Source of the DNA: Sarea resinae
Lineage: Eukaryota
Direction of reading: 5' to 3'
Assembly (NCBI GenBank): GCA_026026165.1
Contig: JAPEUD010000007.1
Location: forward strand, 310,001-374,000
Length of the DNA stretch: 64,000 bases
Under the pieces are notes generated by a model. The model was not told where the DNA came from, made no database searches, and worked only from the letters and a program-made list of their open reading frames with translations. Made by a program: the position numbers and the translations under genes. Numbering within the stretch: position 1 is the stretch's first letter; each line of letters starts with the position of its first letter. Below are positions 11,522-23,604 of this stretch, one piece after another.

Positions 11522-14293
11522 TTAGGTCGACCTCTCAGAATCTATCCCTATGCCAATGCCTCTCCTTCTTCCTGCAATGATGGCATTGAGACACCTTCCC
11601 ACGCCCTCCAGGTCTCCCAAAAGGCTGACATGGCCTTTGGTGCTCGACACCCTGCCGCCTTTCACCACTTGATAGCCCTTGGGAATCATGGCCGCCCTAG
11701 CGAGACAGACCCCATCTCCACTGGCAAAGGCAAGATCATCGTATGCATCGCCATGCTTGATGGCCTCCCTTGATTGGACCCGGGCCCCATAGACTGTTGG
11801 GATAGACTTCCCGTACAGGACGGCAGCCGGTGGGTAAAGGTTCTGATCGGAGTGGTCTTGACGAAAATGTAGTTCCTCCTTGAATTGTTTGGTTTCGGCC
11901 AGAGTACGACGAAGGTAGGCAATCGCGTCCTTTCTAGGCATGGTTATCAATGTCGATACCGAGTCTTTGCCGTCTTCGCTCATTGCAGTAGACTGGGTTT
12001 GCTTTCCCATCTGGGGAGCAAGAGCATTTTGTTCACCCTCGGCTTGCTGTGCCATGTTGGGCACCTTCATCCCATTGCCAGAGTCTTTCGCTGCAGATCC
12101 AGCATTCGGTTTTGCAACAGAATTTCTTCGCCCAGGAAGAGGAAGACTGGGCAGGCTACCAGTGACTGAATCCAATAAGTTCGTCAGAGTTCCTTGCGGT
12201 TGGGTAAGTGCAGGCAAGGGGGTTGCAACACATGGCGAGAAGCAATGCTCAAGCCACGCGTTGATGTCGAAAAAGTCCACGGGGTACTCTTCCTTTGTTT
12301 GTCTGTTGAAGAAGCACCTTCCATCCTCCGGTAATAAAGCGAAACTAGTCCTCAAGGTAAAATTCACCTGCGCTGTCAAGACACGCGAGCTCATTAGAAC
12401 GTCGTCGCCGTTACGGAAAGGACCAAGAATGTTCACACAATGACGCGGGACTCCGGCGTATATGACTCCAGCAAAGAGCTCTGGTCGTTGGTTCACAGCA
12501 TGTCTCGTAATCAGACCTCCAAGGCTGTGTGCAATGACCGTAGCACCTCTCTGCTGTCGTGGTACATTTGGAGCATTCGATGGTAGACCTTCAAGAAAAT
12601 TGACAAGATCCCGGCTGAGACGATGAGGACTCAGTCTCCAGTCGTAACCATAATTCCAGATCCGTAATTTGCCCGTGCGAGCATTTTCCGATGCTCTCAA
12701 CCTTTTGAACAGTCGGCGGGAGATATCGACAGGCCCGATATGAGTCAGCATCCCAGAAGCGATTATACTTTCTTCCATGCGCTCTTCATCCTCCGGATTC
12801 AGACCAACCTCTAGATCCACCCTACGTAGATTCAGCCCAACTTTGACAGGGATCCAAAGTTGACGATGAGGTGGCTTTGCCGATCGCAAGATCGATCCCC
12901 TATAGCCTCCCAGAATAACAACGTCACCAGTCAGATCTTCCACAGCTTGTGCAAAGAAAGGAAAATCCTCCGGATTTGCCAGAGCCCCTTTTCCAGACAT
13001 CGAAGGAGGTACCCGCCTTATGGGCAAGTTCTTTGATGCAGCCAATTCATAATCTTCATCATCCTGAGCTGCGGAAGGAAAGGATTTCTGCTTCGGACTA
13101 GGCGCCGGCTTTGTCTCCTTTGCTGGATCGAGTAAGCCTCTGGCTGCAGCTAGATCTGCACGCAAGTTGTTGAACCTTGGCATGCTTGGCAAGCTCGGAA
13201 GCTTGAAGTTGGAATCTTGGAAGCTGTCCTTGATCGCTTTGATGCGTGAATTGACTTGTTCTTGTACATGCTCAAATCGAGAATCATCACCGAGAGATGA
13301 TGCTGTTGATAGGGTACGTTTCAGATATAAGGACCCGTCCGAGGTCGCGCGTCTCAACAACCGTGGGCGTTGCGGAGTGTCCGAGTCACTTGAAGGAATG
13401 TGAGGGGTTTCATAGACATCGTTCTGGTCGGGTTTAGGAAGGTTCTCCTCTGTTTGTTTGGACGGCAATCGCTCGTGTCTTGATTTATCCATCCCTTGAT
13501 CTGATGGACTTTGTTCTGTGGAAGGCATATCTGAAGATTGTGATTGCAGACTTTTGCCCTTGCCGTCCGTCATCATTGACCAAGGGCTACTTGTACCGCT
13601 GAAGAGGGTATTTGCCCTTCTGGGCTTCGTTGCTTGACCGCTGTGCTGCTCTGCACCATCCTTCTGATTGGAGAAGAAGGACATCTGAAAAGGCATATTC
13701 ATTCGCGGGAAATTGGGCATGCCTGAAGTTTTGGGCAACGATGGGAGACCGAATGGGATCATTTTCTTCCCTGCTGTCGATGGTCCCACTGAAGACCTCC
13801 GCTGATGAGCTTCCGTACGTTCGTTCGTCGCTGGTCGGTCATCCTTGGATGACTCAAAGAGCTTTGGGCCAGAGCGCCATGGCGACGGAAGGGCAGTGGA
13901 GCCAGTCCCATTTGATGAGCCGTTGACGCGTGGAGACACATTGCTTTTGCTATCTGTTTGGCCGTACCCTGGTATTATCTTACGGTCATCATCCACTTCC
14001 GCATCGTCATCGTCTTCCCCAAACGGTTTTTCGCCAGCGACTTCATCTAACGCAGCCGCCTTTTCCCCTGCCGAAGCCAATGGTGAGGCAAGCCTTGTTT
14101 GCGCCTTTGAGATGCTAACCCCAAGGGCATTCTGAGCATCCGCTGTCAACCCCTTTGGATCGTCCTGTTGCTCATCATCTGAAGAAATTTCAATATCAGA
14201 TTCGGAGAAAGCAGCGAATCCCGCTGGGGGGCTGCGTCTGTTGCCGTTTTCTGAAACCTCAGTATCAGGCGTGGGGCCGACAGAGGACTCCAT
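11522..14293 (-). CDS. Alpha/beta-hydrolase of LCAT/PLA2-like family (YJR098C-like), long disordered N-terminus
   Basis: 923-aa single-exon ORF. VVILGGYRGSIL, YGYDWRLS, nucleophile elbow AHSLGG, GDGVC and HVSLLGD give the Ser/Asp/His triad. Confidence 0.82.
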   Translation of the reverse strand: MESSVGPTPDTEVSENGNRRSPPAGFAAFSESDIEISSDDEQQDDPKGLTADAQNALGVSISKAQTRLASPLASAGEKAAALDEVAGEKPFGEDDDDAEVDDDRKIIPGYGQTDSKSNVSPRVNGSSNGTGSTALPSPWRSGPKLFESSKDDRPATNERTEAHQRRSSVGPSTAGKKMIPFGLPSLPKTSGMPNFPRMNMPFQMSFFSNQKDGAEQHSGQATKPRRANTLFSGTSSPWSMMTDGKGKSLQSQSSDMPSTEQSPSDQGMDKSRHERLPSKQTEENLPKPDQNDVYETPHIPSSDSDTPQRPRLLRRATSDGSLYLKRTLSTASSLGDDSRFEHVQEQVNSRIKAIKDSFQDSNFKLPSLPSMPRFNNLRADLAAARGLLDPAKETKPAPSPKQKSFPSAAQDDEDYELAASKNLPIRRVPPSMSGKGALANPEDFPFFAQAVEDLTGDVVILGGYRGSILRSAKPPHRQLWIPVKVGLNLRRVDLEVGLNPEDEERMEESIIASGMLTHIGPVDISRRLFKRLRASENARTGKLRIWNYGYDWRLSPHRLSRDLVNFLEGLPSNAPNVPRQQRGATVIAHSLGGLITRHAVNQRPELFAGVIYAGVPRHCVNILGPFRNGDDVLMSSRVLTAQVNFTLRTSFALLPEDGRCFFNRQTKEEYPVDFFDINAWLEHCFSPCVATPLPALTQPQGTLTNLLDSVTGSLPSLPLPGRRNSVAKPNAGSAAKDSGNGMKVPNMAQQAEGEQNALAPQMGKQTQSTAMSEDGKDSVSTLITMPRKDAIAYLRRTLAETKQFKEELHFRQDHSDQNLYPPAAVLYGKSIPTVYGARVQSREAIKHGDAYDDLAFASGDGVCLARAAMIPKGYQVVKGGRVSSTKGHVSLLGDLEGVGRCLNAIIAGRRRGIGIGIDSERST

Positions 14294-15379
14294 GACTATA
14301 GTTGATGAAGTAAACTTGCGCAGTGGGTCGTGCGTATATACAACGATTTGCAGTTACGAAGAGATGTCGTCAACGTCAGCTACAGCGCTGGGAGAACTGG
14401 CAAGAAGCCGTACGTCAGCAGCACGTTCCACCAAATTTCAGGATCTGGTGGTGGAGCACATACCAAGAGATCGAGGTCGCTGTACGAAGGTCTGATGATA
14501 TGCATACCCTCCTCGCTGTGTTCTGGGATCCTGTTTGAGAAGACCGAGGGAAGCTTCGTTATTATTGGAAGAGCGAAACAATTTGCGATGATTGATTGCT
14601 TATCAATCTCTGCTGACGGGTAGCCGGCGCATGCTATTTCGGGCTGTGGAGATGTGCTCCAGATGGTGGGATCGCATTGACTCTGGGATAGATGATTGTC
14701 CAATCCACAACGGCTCTTATATGAAGTCGTCGTGTGTATGATTTATTTTCCATTGTCTCATGCTCTTCGACTACTACTTGCTGTCTGACTCTACTACGTA
14801 GACAGAGCTGGTTGGGCGGCAATTACCTATTATTTCGTTAAGCTTTGATCAACAATCTACTATTCCGAACAAGCCGGCGCCGCCGCGCGACGGTCCCGGG
14901 CCTCGGTACCGAAATCATCGTCATCAACGCTCATGGCGAGCACGATCAGAAGTACGAAGTACTTCGTCCTCTCTACCTTGCAGCGGAGCACTCAACACTC
15001 AACACAGCAGATAAAGATTGTTTTATTCTTCATCATATGTTCATTGCTTCATCTTCTTCATCCATCGTCCAGCTTACAATCTGACCCAGACCGTCTGGAG
15101 ATCTATGACTAATATCGAACGCACGCCCAATGCAGACATAACAAGAACCCCACGAAAGGAAAGCACTCTCAGAGTGAAAAATAGAAGCAGACTTGAGAAA
15201 ACCCTTCGGGAAGAAAATCGCTGATGCAGTGAAGAAATGGGTATACTAATCACACACGAAGAAAAGCATGGCGAAAGCCAGATAAACTGCGATCGGCCAT
15301 GTCCATCGATAGACACGACAAAGATATCAGAACATCTGAACCGATTCGGTCTTGCTAGAGCTCCTCCTCCTAGATTAGA

Positions 15380-17793
15380 TCACCGGCCGAAGCTGGAGGG
15401 TTTGCGCGCCAGAGGAGAAGACGCCATGACTGTAGAGCGTCTCATAGGATCACGCGTGCGCCCTCCCCGCACAACTGGAGTATGACCCGTGCAATAGACG
15501 CAAACGTAAATAGGCGGCAGACGTCGATCGTTGACACCAACGCAATTTGCGTGTAACCAATTGGAGCAGGAGTCACTGATAACGTTAACTTACATTCCCA
15601 TGATTACCATCCATACTTACCACTGTATCATAAGGCGGCCCCCAGCATCGCTCATATTACATACACATCTTGTCATCTCCTTCAGATCGCTGCCAAACTG
15701 GGAGTGTGGAGTAGCAAGCTCGGAGTCTGAAATGGTGGCGGGTGAGAAGTCGAGATGGGCAGTAAACCGCGAGTGGCTAGGTGTGATGGTAGCGCGATTC
15801 GGAAAAGATGAGGCATATTGCCTTGACATATCCAGAGGGTGGTTTCGTTTTTGAGCGCTCGAGGGGGTGGAGGAACCTTTATCACGTCAGTGATGACAGA
15901 GAGTAGGTGGAAAAGAGCTCCAACCTTTTCGACGCAACCTATCCTCCATAACCTTTCTCAGAGCATCCTGAGCAGCCCCGCCAGATTCACTGCCGTCAAG
16001 AATAGTTTCGGCTTCGGAATCGCTTCCTAGCCCATCTGCGAGGTCGGACAGAGTCTCTACGATCCGTTAGCTCAGAGAAAAAGGTATTGAGGCTTTCAAT
16101 ACTTACGTGGCATTCCCGAGCTCCCACCCGAGTGAATGATTGTCTCAGAGCCAGACGACGCGGGTCTCGGGCGCTGAGGTGATCGTCGAGACGGACGGCG
16201 AACTGCGTCTGTAGTGAAGCGTGCCAATTTGGGTTGCTTTTGGGGCTGTTGAGCAGAGAAAGATGAGTTACGACTGAATATCATATCGGTGTCTCCAGAT
16301 GAGTCGCTTTCACCGTCATTCCACAAGTCTCCTGGTTGCATGGCCTCGTCGATAGCGGGAGGAACTTCTTCAACTAAGACTTTTGCTCGTCCCTGAGCAT
16401 CAATCGCGAAGGACACTGCGGTGCGCTGACGCTCTGATGCTTCAGGTATGGCAGTCAAGAGTCGATCACCCTCTCGCTTGAGAGGCGAAGACTTTCTTTG
16501 GATCGAAATACGCTTCTGATCTGTCATCGCCGAAGACGTGGAGAAGTCGGTAGCTCCCATGAAGCCATCGGTCGCACTTCGTCTGAGTCCTGGTCTAACA
16601 AGGCTAGGATTATTGATCGCCATAGACTTCTCGCCAACCTGTTTTCCTTTCGTCAGACTTCGCTTGAATTCTTTCTCTCGCTCTGACTGCTGAAGCTGGT
16701 GTTGGTAAGGCAATCGGTTTCCTGAGAGTCTAATCTCATTATGTTCCCGAGCTGGTTGGAGAGAATGATTCGGAGAGTCCGAGAAGCTAAACAGAAGATT
16801 TGGATCGACCGGCCCGCTCGTCGCGGGGCTGAATGTATGAGATTGCGGGCTAGTCGAGGCCGTAAATGATAGCGAGCCCATGTCATGGGAGTCCGAATTG
16901 TCAAGGCCGAGATTTCCTGTCATGCCACCCCGCGTGTCATGACCCAAGGGAAATGAGGTCGAACTGGATTTTGTTGATATAGGGGAAGCACCCATCTGCG
17001 ACCATTGAAAGAGACCTGGGTTCCTGGAAGGAGTGACGAAAGGGTCCTCTTGACCAACTGCCTCCATGTCCATATGATTCTGATCCCAAAACAATCGCTG
17101 CTGAGGGTAAGTCGGAGCAGTTGCGGATCCGGACATGGGAAAGCCAAAGACATCAGGCGAAAATTGTAGACTTGGAAAATGCAAGGGGGATGGTTGGACC
17201 GTATCATTCGGGGGAGCCATCGACTTTGACGGGGTTACGTCCTGGGCCGACATCTTCGTCGCGGACTGGCCCTTGGACGGCCTAGACTCACGAGCCTTTC
17301 TCGCCTTTCGTTTAGAGGCAGTTGGCGGCGGAGTTGCCGGTGTCTGGGCGGACATCGATGCCTCTTCAGGATGTATATTTGTTGTGGGATCTCTTACTGT
17401 ATTGGAAGATGAGATTGGAGATGAGGATAATCGACGGGAAGGATCCACGGCGGGCAAGCCGAGGTTTGGGGCAGAAGACGTAGGATGAGTGTAGCCGCGG
17501 AATCCAGCATTCATACAGTCGACGGAGTCCAAATTCGAAGCCCGCCTTTGCCGATATAGAGACTGCGATCGTTGAATTGTGGGCGATAGGTTGAAGAGCG
17601 GACTTGTCTGAGCCCAGGTCACCGACGGATCAAGCAACGCAGAAGCGGATTTGGGTGTTTGAAAAGGTATGACATTGGACTTGGTGTGGGTTGGAGTTGC
17701 CGGTATGGCAGTTGAAAATGGATCATTCGGAAAGTCAAAACTAAATGGCTGGATGTCAGCACGATTGTGAAAACCCCCATCAGACATGCTCAT
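15380..17793 (-). CDS. Ser/Pro-rich protein with C-terminal PHD finger
   Basis: ORF 17793-16107 plus introns 16106-16057, 15924-15877 and 15620-15576 gives ...TRCVCNMSDAGGRLMIQCDSCSNWLHANCVGVNDRRLPPIYVCVYC... (C4HC3 pattern); stop TGA at 15382-15380. Confidence 0.85.
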
Positions 17794-18540
17794 TCACAGC
17801 CTCCGAGGCTTCAACCAATGGCCGTGCGAGTGATTGAAATACGATGCATGAGGCGTTCATGACCGGTCCTGGTCCGCTTGGATAGGCTCCGTTGCAGAGG
17901 GGCCAGTACTGGACGGGTCGGCTTACCAGTAGACTTGATTATCCCAATTCATAGCAGAGTGGAGAGATAGCCAGAAAACCAAAAGAGAGCCCAGCGTCTG
18001 GGCCTGCTTCCAACCCTATCAAGACACTGGTAGCCCACGATGTCCAATTGTGTCTATTCAAGAACCTGTCTTCAACAACGAATAGGCGAGGCAGTGAGTC
18101 GAGAAGCTTTTCCTATATATCAGTGTATATATAAGACGTGACGGTCGCAGGCTGTACTGCCGAATACTGCTTGATCGGAGGGTTTCAAGGTCGGACGGGA
18201 GGGTTGGTGCTGTCAGGAAGCTGTGGGAGCAATCGACAATGGAGGGGAAATTGAGGCAGTGGAATCCGGTCGGTGGCTCGACCTCAGGGCTCTTCCTATC
18301 CCAAAACAGTCAGACAGCAAGAAAAAAAAGCATGTTGCACAAAGCGTACCGGTAGGCGTCCGCCGCTGCACGTCCGTTGAGCTATGACCGAGAATGGACC
18401 CCAGCTCATAAGCTTTACAGACTACCGGCGGGGAGGAGAGGATCGCTCGTGTTAGCACTCATCGTGTGCAGCAGAGACGACGGGGGCTTGGCAATCAAGT
18501 AAGGTGAGGTAAGGCAGCAAAGGAACAGAAAGGGATCCAC

Positions 18541-18579
18541 CGCCGTGGCCGTTCGCCGTGGCCGTTCGCCGTGGCCGTT
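18541..18579. repeat. 13-bp tandem repeat (CGCCGTGGCCGTT)x3
   Basis: Read directly from the sequence. Confidence 0.9.
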
Positions 18580-18950
18580 TCCGCTGGCGGTGCTGACCAG
18601 ATTATTTCCCTTAGCTGGGGGATACGGTTTAAGGCAGGCACCTACGATGCGAGCGACGAGTAGTGTGTAGTGGTATTCGGTACAGCTGGAGCAGCTGGAG
18701 CAGCGGTAGCCGTGGCTTTGGCGAGGGACCAATTTCCACCGGCATGCGTCGACCAGATCGGCAATAGAGTATGAAGTATAGACTTCAATGGGCCATCTGA
18801 TGGTCATCGTAATGGTCACGGTCACGGTCACGGTCAAGGTCAAGATCAGGGTCAAGCAGGGACCGTCTACGGATACCCGTCTAGATGACCGCATGCACGG
18901 CTGTCTCCTGACTCCTGAGTGAGAGCGGCATACTTTCGGGACTCGAGAGA

Positions 18951-18980
18951 GGGATCGAGAGGGATCGAGAGGGATCGAGA
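18951..18980. repeat. 10-bp tandem repeat (GGGATCGAGA)x3
   Basis: Read directly from the sequence. Confidence 0.9.
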
Positions 18981-19160
18981 GGCAGGAACCGGAGAGCTGA
19001 CAGCGACGATGAGAGGGGCGGCACGGTCGTAATCGTCGACGGGATCAACGACAGGTAGGAATGACATTGACATCCATGGCGATATCTACCACCGGGCGCT
19101 CTTCGACGGTCTATCTGCCTACAGGACCTGTCCGATACGGTGGGAGAGAACAATAGAACC

Positions 19161-19232
19161 CCTCGTTTCCTCGTCTCCTCGTCTCCTCGTCTCCTCGTCT
19201 CCTCGTCTCCTCGTCTCCTCGTCTCCCCGTTT
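19161..19232. repeat. 8-bp tandem repeat (CCTCGTCT), 7 perfect plus 2 variant copies
   Basis: Read directly from the sequence. Confidence 0.92.
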
Positions 19233-21027
19233 CCCTGTCTCCTTGATGCGGCAGTGCAGTCAGGCGAGTCACCGCTCGAGTAATGAAGGTCATACTGCCG
19301 TGGCGCTCATGGTCCGCTCATGGTCCGTCCATTGTCCGCCCACCTCTTCACGGCTTCGGGAAGGCCAGCGGCCAATGACAGGCCGAGGTTGAGGTTTCCC
19401 GGGGGCCTTGCTTTGGCTGGAATGCTACGAGTGCGCTGCGCTGGGTCCAGGCGTCAGTCCGCCGCCGAAGGTACTCGGTACTCCGTACGAACGATCCCTT
19501 GGACTTGCTCGCCGCCAACACGAACACATCTTGATGGCTGTGTCGTCCGCACGCACGATAGATTGCCCTCAGGAACAATGGGAACACTGTCTCCTGTCGA
19601 CAGTTGACAGGTCTATTATTTGCTCGGTCCTGCAGGTCCAGCGTCACACCAAATGGCAAAGGGGCCTGGAAGACGTTCTCCGTACCCATCTCAGCAGATC
19701 CAGGGACCCATGTCGACGCCCAAGGTCGACCGCCGGTTATGTAAACTTGCTGCAAGGTACGACTCCGGTGCTCTTAGATCGACGAGAGATGCGTCGTGTG
19801 CGAGCCATTTAGCTCGGCCAAGTATGTACACAGATGAGGTGGGCAGTGACCGACAGACGTATGATCCGTACAGTACTCCAAGCAGTCCCGCCGTGTCCCG
19901 CTACTCGTCGAGATCCAGATGGCTGGGCGCCGAGTCCCTGGTCGAGGAGGTTGGACGTCACCAACAATTCGTCTGCTCCGACAGAGCGGCACTGCCTTTC
20001 CAAGGAGAGCATTGGGCCTTGGGGACGACTGTCACTCATTTCCACCATGCGTCACGGCATTTGAGAGAATGGAATCCTACCGTTGCACTTTGTCGTCTCA
20101 AGCAAGGTGGTTTGCGAGGCAAATATCAGGAACCGCCTACATACTAACTTACCTACCCACTGGAGCACCTACATAGTACATAACATTTCCGCCCGCTGCA
20201 CTTACTATTACTACATCCCCAAACGACCAAAGGCATCCCGTCGGCGTCAACAGATCGCCGTCTAGGAACAAGCCGAGAGACTATGTTTGAACAAGTATTT
20301 TTCGCCTCTCGGCCCGTGAAAGTCCCCACAACGTCTCATAGCAATTGAAAATTTCAGTGAGGGGTCAAATTGATTGAAGGACAGATCACTGGTCGGTTCC
20401 AGCCCTCCGCTCCTCCGCTCCACCCAGGCTTCAAAACAACAGTCATTTCACACCAAGCTCTAGTGGTAGAATGGCAAAGCTGCTATCCGCTAGTAAAAGT
20501 AAACAAAGAGCCAGCAAGAGGCATACAGCTTCTTCGGCTTCCACTGTCGACGGAGAATGGAAACCATATTTATTGCCAGAAATGATACATAGATAGCTCC
20601 GTACAGAATGAAATATTTCTCAGATCTGAGACAGAAATGGCAAAGATCAGCAGGACTATAGCAGTCCCAGAATTTTAGCGGCGATCATCGGAAATGGGAT
20701 CACCAGTTGCTAACCAGGGAAACAGCGAGGAATGATGAATGGCATCATAGGTCTCTCCAATAATGAGAGTCAGAGCACAGAAGACCCGGCTTTACGTTTG
20801 GGAGTGAGCCTCATCTATTCTGGCCTTGAATGCATTCTCCTCGGCGATATCCATGTAACGATATGTGGTCGCGCGGAGCATTCCATACACCGTAAGGTCG
20901 AGCTAGGTGACCGGAGTCGTTTGTCCTCCAGGCCTCCCAGGGATTGGCCAAGGACCCTGGTGCTTGGAAGCTGCAGGCCATTGTAACCGGTATATGACAT
21001 CAGTAGAGCATTCACTTTGCATCAAAT

Positions 21028-21117
21028 GGTCCTGTGGCCTAATGGTAAGGCGTCAGATTTCGGTTCACCGGAATTGTCTACCTCTGAAGACTGCGAGTTC
21101 GAGTCTCGTCGGGATCG
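21028..21117 (+). tRNA. tRNA-Arg (anticodon UCG) with an intron of about 18 nt (21064-21081)
   Basis: Acceptor stem GGTCCTG/CGGGATC, D-arm TGGCCTAATGGTAAGGC, anticodon stem TCAGA/TCTGA with loop TT-TCG-G, T-arm GCGAG-TTCGAGT-CTCGT; intron at the canonical 37/38 position; downstream T-run. Confidence 0.93.
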
Positions 21118-21120
21118 ATT

Positions 21121-21170
21121 CTTTTTTATCCCCTTGTAACCTTTTTTATCCCCTTGTAACCTCTTTTTTG
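21121..21170 (+). terminator. Pol III terminator T-runs, within a 20-bp tandem duplication (CTTTTTTATCCCCTTGTAAC)x2
   Basis: T6 runs start 4 nt after the tRNA 3' end; exact 20-bp duplication at 21121-21160. Confidence 0.7.
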
Positions 21171-21624
21171 CCCTTTTCATCTTTCTGTAATCTTGATATG
21201 GGCCTTGCCATCACTTTCATAGTAGGAGTCAGCGTGTTCCCGGTTTTTGAACGGCTTTATTCGATGATCAATGGCCCCCTGAGTAGGGAGGACGGAGTAG
21301 AAGCTGGCAGCCCAGCGACTCGGCTGATCTGACGGGGATCCTTATCGTGTTGGAACAAGTCAAATTAGCTCAAGCGAGAAAGCTTCACCGCCCAACGCCA
21401 AATTCATTGACGATTTTCTGCAGAGAGCCCGAGAAGAGTCATACGGCCCAGACCGCCATCCTTTTTTTGTCCACATCGCGGGCGAAGCCTCGACAAAGAG
21501 GAGAATAACACAATTGCGAGCATAGAGATAATTGCTGTGCTGCACCGGAGGCGTGGATCCATTTGCTCATTCCATATCAAGAGCAAGAGCTTGTCCAGGC
21601 GCAGGATCCTGAAGAGCTGGCAGC

Positions 21625-22994
21625 ATGTCGGCCTCTCTTGCTGGAAATCGGGAGCTACCCCAATCGCGCCATGACCTGAACACATACTGGGGCCGCGTCA
21701 AGCACACGGCGGAGATCTCAGATCCGAGGTGAGAAGAAGCTGGGACCTCCTCACCAACGGGTGTGGTAGGTATTCTGCCGGTCAAATGTGCATTCGTTGC
21801 GCTTCCCGCGCTGGGCACTCTGATCCCAAGAGGAGATGATGAAGCTAACGATGTGTCTTCGTCAGGACGCTTCTGGTATCGGCTTCTGGACTCGAAAATG
21901 CGAAGAAGCTGGTCTCGTCGTATAAGCAGGGCCAGATCCCGTCGATGACGCCCGAGCTGTGGCAGGCGAAGAAGGTTGTCGATTCGACGCTACATCCCGG
22001 TATGGCCAGAGTCTCCTCGGCTTTAAGAAAGGGAAGAAGGGTTCTAATCGGCTCCCTATAGACACGGGCGAAGCAGTCTTCTTGCCCTTCCGAATGTCCT
22101 GTTTCGTCCTCTCGAATCTTGTCGTGACGGCCGGCATGCTCCAGCCAGGCCTCCAAGTATGTTTTCCCATCTCCTCGAGAGCCACCGACTAATTCCCGTC
22201 TCAAGACAACAGGCACGCTCCTCTGGCAGATTGTGAACCAATCGCTCAACGTCGCGATCAACAACGCCAACGCCAACAAATCGACGCCGCTGTCGACGTC
22301 CAAAATGGCGCAATCGTACCTCATCGCCGTCAGCGCCTCGTGCACCGTCGCGCTGGGGCTCAACAGCCTCGTGCCGCGGCTGAGGCGCGTCTCGCCCTCG
22401 ACCCGCATCATCCTCACCCGGCTCGTGCCCTTTGCGGCCGTCGCCTCCGCAGGCGCCCTCAACGTCTTCCTCATGCGCGGCGAGGAAATCAAACAAGGAA
22501 TCGACGTCTACGCCGTGCAGAGCTCGGCGCACCAACACGCCCGCGACGAGCTCGAGTCCAAATTCGACACTCCGCGCGACATCGCCGCCGCCAACTCATC
22601 CGGTGGAAAACCCTCACTGCTAGGCGGGGACGGCCAACAAGAGCCACTGTCCCCGAGCCCGAGCGAGACCAACACAAGCCTCGGCAAGTCGCGCAAAGCG
22701 GCCACGCTGGCGGTGGGCGAGACGGCGCTGTCGCGCGTGCTGAACGCCACGCCCATCATGGTGATCCCGCCGCTGATTCTGGTGCGGCTGCAGCAGACGG
22801 AGTGGCTCCGGCGCCGGCCGCGCATGACGACGCCGATCAACCTGGGCCTGATCCTGACGACGTCGCTGTTCGCGCTGCCCTTGGCCCTTGCGGCGTTTCC
22901 GCAGCGGCAGGCCGTCAGTGCCCGGTCGTTGGAGCCGGAGTTTTGGGAAAAGGGCGGCGAGGGCGGGATGGTGGAGTTTAATCGGGGGATATGA
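21625..22994 (+). CDS. FSF1: Sideroflexin / mitochondrial tricarboxylate-serine carrier
   Basis: MSASLAGNRELPQSRHDLNTYWGRVKH...DPR; introns 21729-21865, 22000-22061 and 22157-22205. Motifs LHPDTGE, PFRMS, WQIVNQSLNVAINNANAN, FLMRGEEI, LAAFPQ, FNRGI. Confidence 0.93.
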
Positions 22995-23149
22995 GAGAGA
23001 GAGAAAGAGAGAGACGTGTTTTGCCTTTTCTCTTTCTTTCTTTTCTTTCCTCTGTCGTGCGATGTAGAAATATCTAAACCTTGTATTCCCTTCCCTCCTT
23101 CTATACAGCACTAAGCCCCTGATTTTCCCTGCGCCTACAATGTATATCT

Positions 23150-23571
23150 GTATATTTAGACTCTAAAACAAGATTAAAAGAGCATTATTGATGTGAGGCG
23201 CGCTGCCATATAGTAGGCAAATAGGCATAGCCCGGACGAGCCGGCTTATAGTAGTCTTTTTAGATGGCTCACGTGGGAACAGGTTTGCCTATTTACTTAC
23301 TGGTCCTGACATTTCTACAGGATGTATATTATATATATATATACCGAAAGATATAGAGAGAGAGACACACACACACACACACAGATAGAGAGAGAGGTAG
23401 TATGTTCTTCTTCTCTCTCTCTCTCTTTTCTATTTCCTTTCTTTAGAGATAGATAGGTATAGTATACATAGAAAAGTTTAATTCTTCTCTTCTTTCTCCT
23501 CTCTACTCTCTCTCTACTCTCTCTCTCTACCTCTTCTATACACCTCTCTTATACACCTCTTATATGATTTC

Positions 23572-23604
<33 letters not shown>

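Noticed and set aside
14946..15036. Box C/D snoRNA-like ATGATGA...CTGA on the minus strand
   Set aside because: No terminal stem and no recognisable rRNA-complementary guide; such box pairs occur by chance.
18541..19330. CRISPR-like array
   Set aside because: The repeats are contiguous with no unique spacers, and the context is eukaryotic.
21028..21117. tRNA-Arg(UCG) as a suppressor of the DUF1295 TGA, or a variant genetic code
   Set aside because: The anticodon is the standard UCG, and TGA is used as a normal stop in many genes here (FSF1, YSH1, RCM1, PTC6).
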